From contig NC_092674.1 of the NCBI RefSeq assembly GCF_964355755.1, positions 23,250,001 to 23,314,000 on the forward strand: a stretch of 64,000 nucleotides of DNA, read 5' to 3'. A program made the translations under genes and the position numbers. Below, in pieces: positions 62,432 through 64,000 of the stretch (position 1 is the stretch's first letter; each line of letters opens with the position of its first letter). The notes beneath the pieces were generated by a model that saw nothing but the letters and a program-made list of their open reading frames with translations, was not told the DNA's origin and searched no databases. The stretch is from Antedon mediterranea. Taxonomy: Eukaryota; Animalia; Echinodermata.

Positions 62432-64000
62432 TGCTGGGTAACCCACATCAATTATATACTCAAAAGTGCACCAATTGGCACATAATCACTTGTGAGACGT
62501 TGTAATTAATTCATGTAAAGAGAAATGTGAATTTGTTAAATACTGTAAAACTTATAACTGAAAACCAGTACTCTATCACAGTGTACTATTAAACCCTAAA
62601 TGTATAATAAAAATGTACACCATGGAGAAACAAGTACATATATATATTTCTCCATTCTAATACTCATACAACACATTAAGGCTGTTACAATGCCATACCA
62701 AGAAGTAAACGTTTGTACTACTTAATATTTAATTTAATTTTCAGTATTATAAAATATTTGTTTTATGTGTTTATTATTTAAATTATTATATAATGGCCAC
62801 ATATTATATTAGTAAAAAATATAGTGACCAAATATTCTATTCGTAACCATATTATATAATTAACATAAGATAAAGTATAGTTTCAATGATGAGTTTTACA
62901 GTATTCATATTTCCACATAACACAGTGTACAGCGTGTTTCCATGTGTGTCTCTGTTTCTTGTTGCCTCCATACACTTCGTATAAGCGCAAAGAACATACT
63001 AATATAACATTATTTTATTCTAAATGGTTGGTAAGAAAAATAATTATTTTAAAGATTTGAACTATGACCCTTAGTATTTAAAGGGTGTGCACCACGCCCA
63101 GAAAATCACAAAACTAATAGAATATCAATATGCAGATATTGATACAAGACTTTATGTTTTATTCAGAAAAGAAAATGGAATCTTAAACAGTACCCAACAA
63201 AGTGTTCCCATTTAAACAAGGTTGTCACTTGAATTAGGGCTGACACCGTTACAACACAATTTCTTCTTTGTCGTTTCACCAAACTTAACTTATATACAGC
63301 TGATTAACATAATATAGATATTTATTTTTCTAACCTATTCTGTGTGTTTTTGTGTAAACACATTAAATTTACCACAACTCACATATTAATTAATTAATTT
63401 TGTACTTATTTTTATGTTAATTTATGTTAATTAACTCCACCGATTTCAATATATTTTTTATATTACTTTATACCATGATGCACCCTGATTTTGTTCCGGT
63501 ATACATTATTAATATTTATGTACTTAGTTAAATAATATATTATATTGATAACTGAACAATAGGCTGATTAGATAACTTGCCTAAAATGAGTATTAAGTCT
63601 AACTAAAAATGCATTACAATTTTAATTATATTTTTAGTACTAAAGCAATTCATTATCGCATATCTATCATTGGTGGTCTTGTGGTATGGTACCTACCATA
63701 ATTAAATAGAGGCTTTGGTTCAACTCTATATAGATTGCTTCCAATTCAATAAAAAAAAAATTAGTTGGGAACAGAAATCATTAAATGTAAAGCTATTTAT
63801 TACCTCTCATTATTAATAATATTTTATTTCTAATAGTTTTATATAACATCTAAGTAGATTCTTTTCATTTGATTCAGATTGAATGAAAGGTACATTTGAT
63901 TGAAATTTAAAGTTATATTTATATTTTTTTTTAAATAATATCTAAAGAAGGTATTTACCATTTATTAATTTCATCGTTATTCAAAAGAGCAAAATTGTAA

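Overview
AT-rich, intron-rich animal genomic DNA. Deu/Nin-type and CORE-type SINEs suggest an invertebrate, possibly a deuterostome. Two spliced genes lie head-to-tail on the + strand. (1) The 3' part of HERC2: 35 phase-consistent GT-AG exons at 1-25283 encoding ZZ, DOC, RLD2, RLD3 and HECT domains. (2) A complete ATP8A-class P4-ATPase phospholipid flippase at 27825-62431: 31 constitutive exons summing to 3489 nt (1162 aa + stop), plus three candidate alternative exons. Introns hold many MITEs, SINEs, a Helentron-like element and minisatellites. The most notable signal is in the first ATP8A intron: two tandem-duplicated phase-1 exons (57 and 63 nt) and a 15-nt microexon. Each duplicated exon is followed by the same 21-nt motif, which is complementary to one site just downstream of the microexon. 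This resembles a docking-site/selector system for mutually exclusive splicing. Second is a 145-bp hairpin whose substitution mismatches are all regularly spaced tandem GA:GA pairs. All coordinates were read by eye; no searches were run.
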